From Alistipes sp. (lineage in GTDB: Bacteria > Bacteroidota > Bacteroidia > Bacteroidales > Rikenellaceae), in NCBI GenBank assembly GCA_045634125.1, contig JAZQZQ010000025.1, forward strand, positions 49,941-113,940: 64,000 nucleotides of DNA, read 5' to 3'. Position numbers and translations under genes: made by a program. Position 1 is the stretch's first letter; the number at the start of each line of letters is the position of its first letter. The notes under the pieces are model-generated. The model made no database searches. It was not told where the DNA came from and saw only the letters and a program-made list of their open reading frames with translations. Positions 39,357 through 48,940 of the stretch are shown here, piece after piece.

Positions 39357-39580
39357 AAATAGTTAATTGTTTGATCTTTAATTGTTTGTGTTTGTGTAAG
39401 CACACTGCTTATAAGACAAAGATACTAAAAAAAGGGCAAATACAAAATTTTTAGCATCTATTTTAATTCCGGGTACCATAATTAAAACTTATTGTTGATG
39501 TTAAAAACTTAGTTTGAACTATTGCAGTTTCAAAAAAATACTCTAAATTTGTCATAGAGAAAACACATAAACGCATATTT

Positions 39581-40594
39581 ATGAAATTGAAATTGAATTT
39601 TGCCAATATGTCTGCCTCTGTAAAGGAGTCTGTAACAGATTGGCGTTGGTGGGCACAGATGGCACAGATTGTCTTTGGATGTATCCTTGTAGCTGTCGCC
39701 TTCGTTGTATTTATTAACCCATACAACTTGGTCCCTGGAGGTATTTACGGTTTGGCTTTGGTACTCCACAACCTATTTCCATCAATTCAGGTGGGTACAT
39801 TTGGCTATATGTTTGATGTACCACTTATCTGCACTGCACTTCTTCTTTTTGGCGGTACTTTTGGTGGCCGTACAATCTTCGCATCATTCATCACTCCAGG
39901 TATAATGAATATCCTCGACTACTTGGTTTATCCAAATCAGGCTGCTATCGAGGCTCTCGACCCTACACTTTTGCTCGGTGGTCAGATTAACCTATCATCA
40001 CACCTTATGCTTGCAGCTATTATCGGTGGTGTGTTCAGTGGTATTGGCGTAGGTATCGTTATTCGCAATAATGCTGCTACAGGTGGTACCGATATTACAG
40101 GTATGCTCCTACATAAGTTCGCGAAGATGAAGTTCGCTAATGGTGTTCTTCTTTCTGATGCTATTATCGTGCTTAGTGGTTTAGTGGTTATCGGCTTCGG
40201 TGTCGGTATTGAAGGTCCAGGTCAGGGCGTTGTACTATCTCTCTACTCGGCAGTATGTATCTTCGTGAATGCTAAGGTTTTGGGCTATACTATTGATGGT
40301 GCTTCGCGCGATAAACTCCTTTTTATTATCAGCGAGGAACACTCTGATGAGATGCGCAACTATATCCTTCACGACCTTAATCGTGGTGGTACATATCTTA
40401 AAGCTAAAGGTATGTACACTAACAATGAAAAAGAGATGATCTTCCTTGTTATTAACCGCAAGGAGGTGCGCACCGTACAGCAAAAAATCAAAGAGTTCGA
40501 CCCTACAGCCTTTGTGGTTGTAACTGATGCATACGATACCTTTGGTAAGGGTTTCAAGCCGTTCCCAGAGGAGAATGGTATGCCAACGGAGTAA
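39581..40594 (+). CDS. YitT family membrane protein
   Basis: PGGIYG, ATGGTDI, RGGT...KGMYT, DPTAFVVV C-terminal DUF2179-like domain. Confidence 0.9.
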   Translation: MKLKLNFANMSASVKESVTDWRWWAQMAQIVFGCILVAVAFVVFINPYNLVPGGIYGLALVLHNLFPSIQVGTFGYMFDVPLICTALLLFGGTFGGRTIFASFITPGIMNILDYLVYPNQAAIEALDPTLLLGGQINLSSHLMLAAIIGGVFSGIGVGIVIRNNAATGGTDITGMLLHKFAKMKFANGVLLSDAIIVLSGLVVIGFGVGIEGPGQGVVLSLYSAVCIFVNAKVLGYTIDGASRDKLLFIISEEHSDEMRNYILHDLNRGGTYLKAKGMYTNNEKEMIFLVINRKEVRTVQQKIKEFDPTAFVVVTDAYDTFGKGFKPFPEENGMPTE

Positions 40595-40715
40595 AATTGT
40601 TTTAAGTGGCTCTTTTGGCGTCTGCCTCGATTGAAAAATGCTCATTTACGTCGAGTAAACTCCGCTTTTTCAATCTTCGAGCAGCCTCAAAATAGCCTAC
40701 TTAAAAGCAATTTTA
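40592..40715. repeat. Fold-back element family A, copy A2 (124 bp)
   Basis: TAAAATTG/CAATTTTA ends; core TGCTCATTTAC-gtcga-GTAAACTCCGC. Confidence 0.88.
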
Positions 40716-40747
40716 TTGTGCAACCAGTAAAGTTATTTTTAGATTGT

Positions 40748-40857
40748 TCTTTTGGCGTCTGCCTCGATTGAAAAATGCTCATTTACGTCGAGTAAACTCC
40801 GCTTTTTCAATCTTCGAGTAGTCTCAAAATAGCCGACTTAAAAGTAATTTTATTGTG
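40748..40857. repeat. Family A copy A3 (tandem duplicate lacking the left outer arm)
   Basis: Near-identical to 40611-40720, period 137 bp. Confidence 0.88.
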
Positions 40858-40882
40858 AAACAAAAATAAGATAAAACAATTA

Positions 40883-40912
40883 GGGGCAGTCCAAAATTAA
40901 TAGGATAGCCCC
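40883..40912. terminator. Hairpin of the GGCTGTC-like family
   Basis: GGGGCAGTCC...GGATAGCCCC. Confidence 0.5.
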
Positions 40913-40929
40913 TTATTTAAGTAAAGGAT

Positions 40930-42282
40930 ATGAATATTAACATTAATAACCTTCGCCCACTAACAGGCAGTGGACGTAAATTATACATCGAGACCTACGG
41001 TTGCCAGATGAATGTTGGCGATTCGGAGATTGTGGTGTCGATTATGCAGCAGGAGGGCTTTCGCTATACCGAGAGCCTTGAGGAGGCGGATATTGTGTTG
41101 ATTAACACCTGCTCTATTCGCGATAATGCCGAGCAGCGTATCTGGGGACGTCTTAGCGAGATGCGCCATATGCGTAAGAAGAAGCCTTCGCTTATCATCG
41201 GCATCATCGGCTGTATGGCAGAGCGTCTAAAGGAGGATCTTACTAAGGGCGGTACTGGCGTAGACATCGTTGCTGGTCCAGACTCATATCGTGATCTCCC
41301 ACGCTTGGTACGTGAGGTAGATAGTGGTGCTACGGGTGTTAATGTCGAACTCTCGAAGGAGGAAACCTATGCAGAGATTGCACCAGTACGTCTTGATAGA
41401 AATGGCGTGAGCGCCTTTATTGCGATTATGCGTGGTTGCAACAACTACTGCTCATATTGTGTCGTGCCATATACCCGTGGTATTGAGCGCAGTCGCGATG
41501 CTGCCACTATCGTTGCCGAGGCTCGCACACTCTTCGAGAATGGTTATCGTGAGGTAACGCTTCTCGGTCAGAACGTAAACTCATACCGTACGGGCGATGT
41601 AGACTTCCCAGAGCTTCTTAAGCAGGTGGCAGATATTTCGCCTCTACTTCGTGTGCGCTTTGCAACATCGCACCCTAAGGACATCAGCGATAAGCTCCTT
41701 GAAACTATGGCGTTGATGCCAAATATCTGCAAGGCAATACACCTCCCTGCGCAGTCGGGCTCTACCGAGATGCTTAAGCGTATGAATCGTAAGTACACAC
41801 GCGAATGGTACTTGGAGCGTGTTGAGGCTATACGTCGTTATATGCCTGATTGTGCTATTACCACCGATCTTATTGCAGGCTTTGCCCATGAGACCGAGGA
41901 GGAGCATCAGGAGACTCTATCTCTTATGCGCGAGGTGGGCTACGACTTTGCCTATATGTTCAAGTACTCAGAGCGTCCAGGTACCTTTGCACAGCGTAAC
42001 CTCGGCGACGACATCCCTGAGGATGTTAAGACGCGCCGTCTAACCGAGATTATCGACCTTCAAAATAAGCTATCTGAGGAGAGCAACAAGCGCGATATTG
42101 GTAAGGAGTTTGAAATCCTTGTTGAGTGTACGTCTAAGCGTAGTGATGCACAGCTCTCTGGTCGCACCTCGCAGAATAAGATGGTAGTATTCGACCGCCA
42201 CGATTATAAGGTCGGAGATTATGTGAGAGTTAGAATTACAGGTTGCTCATCAGCAACGTTGTTTGGTGAGGTTATTTTATAA
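40930..42282 (+). CDS. miaB: tRNA-i6A37 methylthiotransferase
   Basis: TYGCQMN, NTCSIR, CNNYCSYC radical-SAM motif, TRAM domain. Confidence 0.97.
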   Translation: MNININNLRPLTGSGRKLYIETYGCQMNVGDSEIVVSIMQQEGFRYTESLEEADIVLINTCSIRDNAEQRIWGRLSEMRHMRKKKPSLIIGIIGCMAERLKEDLTKGGTGVDIVAGPDSYRDLPRLVREVDSGATGVNVELSKEETYAEIAPVRLDRNGVSAFIAIMRGCNNYCSYCVVPYTRGIERSRDAATIVAEARTLFENGYREVTLLGQNVNSYRTGDVDFPELLKQVADISPLLRVRFATSHPKDISDKLLETMALMPNICKAIHLPAQSGSTEMLKRMNRKYTREWYLERVEAIRRYMPDCAITTDLIAGFAHETEEEHQETLSLMREVGYDFAYMFKYSERPGTFAQRNLGDDIPEDVKTRRLTEIIDLQNKLSEESNKRDIGKEFEILVECTSKRSDAQLSGRTSQNKMVVFDRHDYKVGDYVRVRITGCSSATLFGEVIL

Positions 42283-42301
42283 TTCGAATATGTAATATTA
42301 A

Positions 42302-42323
42302 AGCCTGCTCAGACGAGCAGGCT
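42302..42323. terminator. Bidirectional terminator between miaB and truA
   Basis: AGCCTGCTC/GAGCAGGCT. Confidence 0.7.
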
Positions 42324-42335
42324 ATATTTTTATTA

Positions 42336-43067
42336 CTATTTGTATTTTACATCCGACAAAAACAATCCACACGCGGGAGCACCGGCACTACAGCGCGAGA
42401 GATCTTTCGACAGGATGATATCCTCAAACTCCGCAATGCTATATTTGCCACGACCTACATCTACTAAGGTGCCAACAATAGCGCGTACCATATTTCGCAA
42501 GAAACGGTTGGCTCGGATAGTAAAGCGTAGTGTGCCATCGCTCTCTACGACCCACTCTGCGTGGCTTATATGGCAGATATTGGTCTTATTATTTGAGTTC
42601 AGCTTCGCAAACGAGGTAAAGTCCTCGTATTCAAGGAGCTTTGTTGCTGCCTCGTTCATCTTTGCTACATCAATATCGGCTGTAAAATGCCATGCCGAGT
42701 AGCGACGGAATGGCGACTTGTGAGGAGTTAGAAAGTAGGTATACTCTCTCTCTATGGCATCGAAGCGGGCATGAAGCGTCGGCTCGACCTTGTAGATGCG
42801 CATAATGGCAATATCTACGGGTAGCACCTTATTTAATTTATAGCATAGCTGTGCGCAGTCTATCTCTTTATCGCTATCGAAGTGTGCCGTGTAGAACGAG
42901 GCGTTAACCCCAGTGTCGGTACGTCCTGCGCCGACAATCTCGGTAGGCACACGCAGTAGCATGGAGAGTTTATCCTCGATAGTTCTCTCCACTGTTACAG
43001 CATCAGGCTGGCGTTGCCAACCGAAGTATGCCGAGCCGTCGTATTGTAGTTCAATGAAATAGCGCAT
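42336..43067 (-). CDS. truA: tRNA pseudouridine(38-40) synthase
   Basis: YDGSAYFGWQ, GAGRTDTGV, FLRNMVR; start MRYFIEL at 43067. Confidence 0.96.
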   Translation of the reverse strand: MRYFIELQYDGSAYFGWQRQPDAVTVERTIEDKLSMLLRVPTEIVGAGRTDTGVNASFYTAHFDSDKEIDCAQLCYKLNKVLPVDIAIMRIYKVEPTLHARFDAIEREYTYFLTPHKSPFRRYSAWHFTADIDVAKMNEAATKLLEYEDFTSFAKLNSNNKTNICHISHAEWVVESDGTLRFTIRANRFLRNMVRAIVGTLVDVGRGKYSIAEFEDIILSKDLSRCSAGAPACGLFLSDVKYK

Positions 43068-43085
43068 AAAGCATTTTACTAACGG

Positions 43086-43194
43086 CAATTAAGGGTAATT
43101 AAGGGCTATTAGGGGTTTTTAAGGAGAGATAACAAACCTTTAATTGCCCTTAATAACCTTTAATCACCCTTAAATACCTTTATACACCTTTAAG
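43086..43194. repeat. Inverted array of 10-bp phased repeats (4+6 units)
   Basis: caattaaggg taattaaggg ctattagggg tttttaagga / cctttaattg cccttaataa cctttaatca cccttaaata cctttataca cctttaag. Confidence 0.8.
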
Positions 43195-43195
43195 T

Positions 43196-44578
43196 TTACA
43201 TATGTATTGCGCATCCCAAAGCATCCTCCGCAGCCTCCATAACAGCCTCATGCATAGATGGATGTGCGTGGATGGTGCGAGCGATGCGGTGAGCATCTAC
43301 GCCCAAGACCTTAGCCAATGTAGGCTCGCCAATCATCTCCGTAACGTTGTGGCCTACGAAGTGCGCACCAAGCAACTTCTCCTCCTTGTCGAAGATAAGC
43401 TTCACGAAGCCATCGCGCTCGCCAGCAGCGGTAGCCTTACCCGATGCGGTGTATGGGAACTTACCAACCTTATACTCGATGCCCTGAGCCTGCACCTGTG
43501 CCTCGGTCATACCTACAGATGCCACCTCTGGTGAGGTGAAGATGCACGATGGGATTGTTGAGTAGTCGATTGGCTCTGGGTTAAGACCGCAGATATGCTC
43601 TACGCAGTGGATAGCCTCGGTAGAAGCCACGTGTGCAAGAGCTGGTGTTGCGATAATATCACCGATAGCATATACACCATCGACACTTGTTTTGAAGTGC
43701 TCGTCAACCGTAATCTTGTCGCGCTCGATATCGATGCCAAGTTCCTCAAGACCCATATCCTCGATGTTAGACTTGATACCTACTGCCGAGAGTACGATGT
43801 CTGCCTCGATAGTCTGTGCGCCCTTCTTGCCCTCGATGTCGATTACGCACTTGCCCTCATCGTTAACACTAACTTGCTTAACAGTAGTTGAGGTCATCAC
43901 TGTAGCGCGTAGCTTTCGGAAGGCGCGCTCCATTGCCTTAGCAGTATCCTCATCCTCCAAAGGCATAATCTGTGGCATATACTCGATAATGGTAACCTTA
44001 ACACCCAATGTAGCGTAGATATATGCAAACTCAGAGCCGATAGCGCCTGAGCCTACAACAACCATAGACTCTGGCAACTCTGGCAATACCAACGCCTCCT
44101 TTGAGGAGATGATATGCTTGCCGTCGACAGGCATGAATGGCATAACTCGTGGACGTGCGCCAGTAGCGAGGATGATATGGTCAGCCTCATAGTCTACGCC
44201 CTCAACCTCTACGACATCCGACGCCTTTAGGCGACCGAAGCCTGCGATAACGTCAATGTTGTTCTTCTTCAAAAGGAACTGAACGCCCTTGTTCATAGTT
44301 GATGCAACCATACGCTCGCGCTCTACCATCTTTGTCCAGTCAGGCTTTACCTCGCCCTCGATAGCGACACCAAATGTAGCAGCAGCCTTGCAGTCGGCAT
44401 ATACCTGTGCCGAGCGCACAAGAGCCTTAGTAGGGATGCAACCCCAGTTGAGGCACACGCCACCAGCATCAGCCTTCTCAACGATAGCCACGCGCTTGCC
44501 ACACTGTGCAGCACGGATAGCGGCAACATAACCACCAGGGCCTGAGCCGATCACGATAATATCATATCTGTTGTCCAT
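43196..44578 (-). CDS. lpdA: Dihydrolipoyl dehydrogenase
   Basis: GSGPGG, GGVCLNWGCIP disulfide motif, HPSMHE. Confidence 0.96.
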   Translation of the reverse strand: MDNRYDIIVIGSGPGGYVAAIRAAQCGKRVAIVEKADAGGVCLNWGCIPTKALVRSAQVYADCKAAATFGVAIEGEVKPDWTKMVERERMVASTMNKGVQFLLKKNNIDVIAGFGRLKASDVVEVEGVDYEADHIILATGARPRVMPFMPVDGKHIISSKEALVLPELPESMVVVGSGAIGSEFAYIYATLGVKVTIIEYMPQIMPLEDEDTAKAMERAFRKLRATVMTSTTVKQVSVNDEGKCVIDIEGKKGAQTIEADIVLSAVGIKSNIEDMGLEELGIDIERDKITVDEHFKTSVDGVYAIGDIIATPALAHVASTEAIHCVEHICGLNPEPIDYSTIPSCIFTSPEVASVGMTEAQVQAQGIEYKVGKFPYTASGKATAAGERDGFVKLIFDKEEKLLGAHFVGHNVTEMIGEPTLAKVLGVDAHRIARTIHAHPSMHEAVMEAAEDALGCAIHM

Positions 44579-44593
44579 AGTCTATATCTATTT

Positions 44594-46222
44594 TTACTTT
44601 ACAACTTTCAAAATCTCTCCCTTATCTGCTGCTACAGCGCGCTTCCAGTTCTCTGTGTAACCAGGCTGTAGAATCTTACCAGGGATATCCTTGCCATTGC
44701 CATTGTCGATGAACTTACCGTTCTCTTCGCCCTTAACGTTACCGTCGATATACTTAACCATTAGATACTTGTCAAGCTCTACCCACTTGTTGAAGAGTTT
44801 CTGAGCAGTAGCTACGGTGAAGTTTGTTGCAGCCTTACGAGCCTTCTTGCTGTTTGAAATCTGTGCCAATGCGATATCCATGCCGTTTACAGCCTCAATC
44901 ATAGCATTCTCCCAAGCATCTACCTCCTCGCGAACGTGCTTGCCCACGATGTTGTAGCGCAAGTATGCAAACTGAGCAACACGGTTTGTAACCCAGAACA
45001 TCGCAGTATCAGAGTACTCCAACATAGAGCCATTGCCCTCCTTAAGAGCCTCTGGCACCTCCAAAGAGTTAACATAGATAGGAGTCAATGGAGATGTTGC
45101 AGCATCGTCAGTACCAAACCAAAGGATACCCACCTTCTCAGGGCGAGCCTGACCTACAAGCCAGAAGCCTGTCTGCTGTGTCGCTGTAGCACGCTCGTTG
45201 CAGTACTCCACGCCGTCAACGGTGAAGTACATAGGGCGCCAACGGTATGGGCAGCCCTCGCCACCAGCACCGATGTCTGATGTCATATCCATCTTTGTAC
45301 CTTCGTAGTGGTCGCGCATGCAGTCCATAAGGAGCTTTGGCGATACCTTCTCGCGTGGCATAACCCACAAAGGCATACGGTTATTAGGGTTGTGTCCCAT
45401 AGCGTAGTCCTCGTACTGATCCATATCGTCAGCTACGGTGCGGAAGAAAGCCCATACGCGAGCCTCGCAACCACGCATAGCACCGAAATCGAGTGGCGCG
45501 TAAGCATCAGCAAAGCTGAAATCCTTGTTCTCGCCCTCGAACCAACCGAACTTACGAGCTACATCCGCTACATCTGGAGCGTAGATACAGTTCTCGGGGT
45601 CGTTCCAAGGGAATGTAGTTATGCGAGCCTGATTTGCGTGAGCCGAAACGTAGCCATCAGGAATACGACGTGCTACCCATACGATACCCTTATCCTCTGG
45701 ACCCTTGCCGATAAGCTCCATAATCCACGCCTCCTTCTGGTCGATAAGCGAGAATGACTCGCCTGATGAGCAGTAGCCGTAGGTGTTAGCAAGGTCTACG
45801 ATGATGTCGATAGCCTCACGAGCGGTCTTAGCGCGCTGCAAAGTGATGTAGATAAGTGAGCCGTAGTCGATGCCACCCTTTGGATTCTCCAACTCTGGGC
45901 GACCGCCGAATGTAGTCTCAGTGATAAAGAGCGAATGCTCGTTAGAGTTGCCAAGAGTGCGGTATGTTACAGGAGCCTGCTTAATCTTGCCGATATAGCG
46001 ACCAGTATCCCACTCAGTTACATCCATCCACTCGGTAAACTTACCAGGGATATACTGATAAAGTGAACCATAGAGACCGTGAGAGTCGGCAGCGTATGTT
46101 ACCATATTTGAGCCATCTGTCGAAGCTCCGCGTGTTACGATAAAGTTCGTACAAGCATCCGCTGTTGCGATGCCTGCGAAGAATGCGCCCACAAGGGCAA
46201 CAACTTTAAGTAGTCTGTTCAT
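44594..46222 (-). CDS. C69 family dipeptidase (secreted Ntn hydrolase)
   Basis: Signal peptide followed by N-terminal Cys (ADA-CT), SAHANQARI, CRYRWRP-like motif. Confidence 0.88.
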   Translation of the reverse strand: MNRLLKVVALVGAFFAGIATADACTNFIVTRGASTDGSNMVTYAADSHGLYGSLYQYIPGKFTEWMDVTEWDTGRYIGKIKQAPVTYRTLGNSNEHSLFITETTFGGRPELENPKGGIDYGSLIYITLQRAKTAREAIDIIVDLANTYGYCSSGESFSLIDQKEAWIMELIGKGPEDKGIVWVARRIPDGYVSAHANQARITTFPWNDPENCIYAPDVADVARKFGWFEGENKDFSFADAYAPLDFGAMRGCEARVWAFFRTVADDMDQYEDYAMGHNPNNRMPLWVMPREKVSPKLLMDCMRDHYEGTKMDMTSDIGAGGEGCPYRWRPMYFTVDGVEYCNERATATQQTGFWLVGQARPEKVGILWFGTDDAATSPLTPIYVNSLEVPEALKEGNGSMLEYSDTAMFWVTNRVAQFAYLRYNIVGKHVREEVDAWENAMIEAVNGMDIALAQISNSKKARKAATNFTVATAQKLFNKWVELDKYLMVKYIDGNVKGEENGKFIDNGNGKDIPGKILQPGYTENWKRAVAADKGEILKVVK

Positions 46223-46349
46223 AGTTTTGTTTTAGGTTATTGTTATTATAATTAATTCATAAAATCTTTCAAAGGTAGTAATTTTTTTGAAATGCATACT
46301 AATATTTAATGTAATTTACTATTTTTGTAGGCAAAATAAGCGATTAACT

Positions 46350-47009
46350 ATGACTATTAAGGAGCGATTAGAGAGAATATTGGCGACCCTACCTGAGTGT
46401 GTTCAGCTTGTTGCGGTGTCGAAGTTTCACCCTGTGGAGCGCCTACAGGAGGCCTACGATGCGGGTCAGCGTATCTTTGGCGAGAGCCGACCTCAGGAGA
46501 TGGCAGCTAAGGCAGAGGTCTTGCCTAAGGATATTGTGTGGATAATGATTGGACATCTGCAAACCAATAAGGTCAAAATGATTGCCCCATTCGTGTCGAT
46601 GATTGCATCGGTGGATTCTGAGCGCCTTATCGAGGAGATTGAGAAGCAGGCGGCAAAACTCGACCGCACGATAGATATACTCCTTGAAGTGCACGTTGCG
46701 CAGGAGGAGACAAAATCGGGATGGTCGGAGCAGGAACTCCTCGACTACCTTGCTACGGATGCTCTAAGCCGTATGCCACATGTGCGCGTTCGTGGCGTTA
46801 TGACCATTGCCTCTAATACTGATAATGAGAGCATTGTTCGTTCTGATTTCCAGCGTATAAAAGATATATTTGATACTCTTAAGCCACGCTTTGGCGAGGC
46901 GTTCGACACACTCTCAATAGGTATGTCCGACGACTATCCTTTGGCCTTGGAGTATGGCTCAACAATGGTGCGAATCGGTACAGCTATCTTTGGCCAAAGA
47001 GAGTACTAA
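46350..47009 (+). CDS. yggS: YggS family PLP-binding protein
   Basis: VAVSKF, FGESRPQE, IGHLQTNK, SIGMSDD, VRIGTAIFG. The TATTTTTG promoter at 46320-27 supports ATG 46350. Confidence 0.96.
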   Translation: MTIKERLERILATLPECVQLVAVSKFHPVERLQEAYDAGQRIFGESRPQEMAAKAEVLPKDIVWIMIGHLQTNKVKMIAPFVSMIASVDSERLIEEIEKQAAKLDRTIDILLEVHVAQEETKSGWSEQELLDYLATDALSRMPHVRVRGVMTIASNTDNESIVRSDFQRIKDIFDTLKPRFGEAFDTLSIGMSDDYPLALEYGSTMVRIGTAIFGQREY

Positions 47010-47032
47010 TACCAATTGGTAATGAATATTTT

Positions 47033-47061
47033 AAGGGTGTCAATGATTTTTTGATACCCTT
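47033..47061 (+). terminator. Terminator after yggS
   Basis: AAGGGTGTCAA...TTGATACCCTT followed by a T-rich run. Confidence 0.65.
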
Positions 47062-47162
47062 ATTCTTTTTTTTGCATACAATCTCAGTGGTGGTTTTGCT
47101 TATTTGGGAGAATTTGCGTAAATTTGCCTATCAATCGACAAATAATTATAATCAGATACACT

Positions 47163-48287
47163 ATGAAAAAACTGTTTTTACTACTTGCCCTTATTGGCAT
47201 TATTGGCGTTGGCTGTTCTAAGGAGGAGGTCGATAAAGGCAATGATATCCCTAAAAATATCTTCTTTGGACTTGATAAGGAGAGTATCACTATTTCTCCT
47301 GACGGAGGAAGTGTGGATGTAGTTGTATATAGTAACTACAATTGGGAAATTTCTGGTGTAAGTGATTGGTGTACACCATCAGTAAAAAAAGGTGATGCTA
47401 ATGAGGATGGTCAAAAAGTTACATTCTCTGCAGATGTGGCCTATGACGATAGAGAGGCAACCTTCTGGTTCCGCTGTGCTAATGAGAAGATTAAGTTTGT
47501 TGTTTCGCAGAAATTCAAGGAGGTTTTTATAGCAGATGAGAATAATGTATTCACCGTTTCAGGTTCAGGTGGCGAAGTCGTAATAAAGTATCAAACAAAT
47601 GTAGACTGTGATATTATTATTCCTGAGGAGGCAAAAGATTGGATAACTATTGTTCCAGCAACACGAGGCTTGGTTGCATATAATACTACTCTCAATATTG
47701 ATGCTAATAATTCTAGCGAACTAAGGAGCAGTGTGATTAAGGTTGTCTCTCAAGAAGATAACGAACTATTTGCAGAGTATACCATTAACCAAAATCCGAT
47801 ACGTTTTCTATATTATACATCAAGCGACGGCAATATAGTTAAGCCTTACAGCAGTTCCAGCAGTTCAGCCTTTGATGCTACTATACTGTCTAATACATAT
47901 AAAGATGGGGTTGGTATCATTGAATTTAATGCTCCTATAACCCAAATTGGAAATTATGCATTCTCTGATTGCGATAGCCTAACAAGTGTAACAATTCCTG
48001 ATAGTGTAACTACAATTGGAGAGTGGGCATTCAATGGTTGCAGTAACCTTACAAGTGTAACTATTGGTGATAGTGTAACTACAATTGGTAGTTGGGCATT
48101 CAAAAATTGCAGTAGCCTAACAAGTGTATATTGCAAGGCTGTAACACCGCCTGCTGGAGGTTCTTGGATGTTCGATGGTAACGCCTCTGGTCGTAAGATT
48201 TATGTGCCTGCGGAGTCGGTAGAGGCTTATAAGTCGGCATCTTATTGGAGAAATTATAAATCAGATATTGTTGGCTACGACTTTTAA
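47163..48287 (+). CDS. Surface lipoprotein with two BACON-like domains and BspA-type leucine-rich repeats
   Basis: Lipobox GVGC; BACON W..V and DWITI motifs; 23-aa repeats LTSVTIPDSVTTIGEWAFNGC. Confidence 0.85.
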   Translation: MKKLFLLLALIGIIGVGCSKEEVDKGNDIPKNIFFGLDKESITISPDGGSVDVVVYSNYNWEISGVSDWCTPSVKKGDANEDGQKVTFSADVAYDDREATFWFRCANEKIKFVVSQKFKEVFIADENNVFTVSGSGGEVVIKYQTNVDCDIIIPEEAKDWITIVPATRGLVAYNTTLNIDANNSSELRSSVIKVVSQEDNELFAEYTINQNPIRFLYYTSSDGNIVKPYSSSSSSAFDATILSNTYKDGVGIIEFNAPITQIGNYAFSDCDSLTSVTIPDSVTTIGEWAFNGCSNLTSVTIGDSVTTIGSWAFKNCSSLTSVYCKAVTPPAGGSWMFDGNASGRKIYVPAESVEAYKSASYWRNYKSDIVGYDF

Positions 48288-48414
48288 TTTTCGATTTATA
48301 TAGGGCGTCTTCGTCCTATCCTAAACAAAATATCGTGGGCTGTACGCTTTGGTACTATCCCGCGATATTTTATTTATACGATAGAACAAATCTGCTCCTC
48401 TAAAATCAAAAATT
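48286..48414. repeat. Fold-back element family B, copy B2 (129 bp)
   Basis: AATTTTCGATTT/AAATCAAAAATT ends; core GGGCTGTAC-gctttg-GTACTATCCC; CGATAGAACAAATCTG shared with B1. Confidence 0.82.
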
Positions 48415-48474
48415 CAGTTTTAACTTTTGACTTTTCAGTTTTCAGTTCGTAAGTAGCGTGGGTATTATTTATTT

Positions 48475-48671
48475 AATTAGTAATGAGTAAATAGTAATTA
48501 GTAATGATTAAAAGGCTGTGCCTTTTTTGGAAAAAGGGAATAAAGCGTCCAAAAGGGGACCAAAGGGGGATAAAATAATTAGTAATGAGTAGAGAGTAAT
48601 TAGTAATAGTTAAAAGGCGTTGCCTTTTTATATTTTACCCTTTAGGCCCTTTTCTGCCTCTTTCTGCCCTT
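48475..48671. repeat. Direct-repeat module (period 102) with 10-bp phased inverted arrays
   Basis: AATTAGTAATGAGTA...AATTAGTAAT..TTAAAAGGCnnnGCCTTTT occurs twice, each followed by four 10-bp units (AAAGGG-type, then CCCTTT-type). Confidence 0.7.
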
Positions 48672-48754
48672 GGGTATTAGACACTGTAATTATAACACGC
48701 GTCGCAGACACCACACTTTTTAGTTTCCCCTTTTCAGTTCGTTTTGTCATTTTG

Positions 48755-48859
48755 CTGACAAAATGTCAGTTGGTGGCTATCTGGTATGGCAGTTTTGTCA
48801 TAAGAAATAGAAGAAGTGCGTCAGTTTTGGCGCATTTTTTTGTTTGGCACTACGTTTGT
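48755..48859 (+). promoter_or_regulatory. Putative sigma54-like promoter with upstream TGMCA inverted repeats (dnaK)
   Basis: TGGCAC-TACGT-TTGT at 48845-59; palindromes at 48755-69, 48786-801 and 48817-34. Confidence 0.45.
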
Positions 48860-48940
48860 TCGGCAAGAAATCGTAACAGCGAAATAATGGTTGCACAGAC
48901 AGAAGAAAGAAATTATTAACAAATATAAAATTTAAGAATT

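Noticed and set aside
40592-40857. CRISPR array
   Set aside because: Only two ~110-bp palindromic units, no series of unique spacers, and no cas genes.
47163-48287. Diversity-generating retroelement target
   Set aside because: No reverse transcriptase or TR/VR pair with adenine-specific mismatches in the window. The internal repeats are ordinary LRR units.
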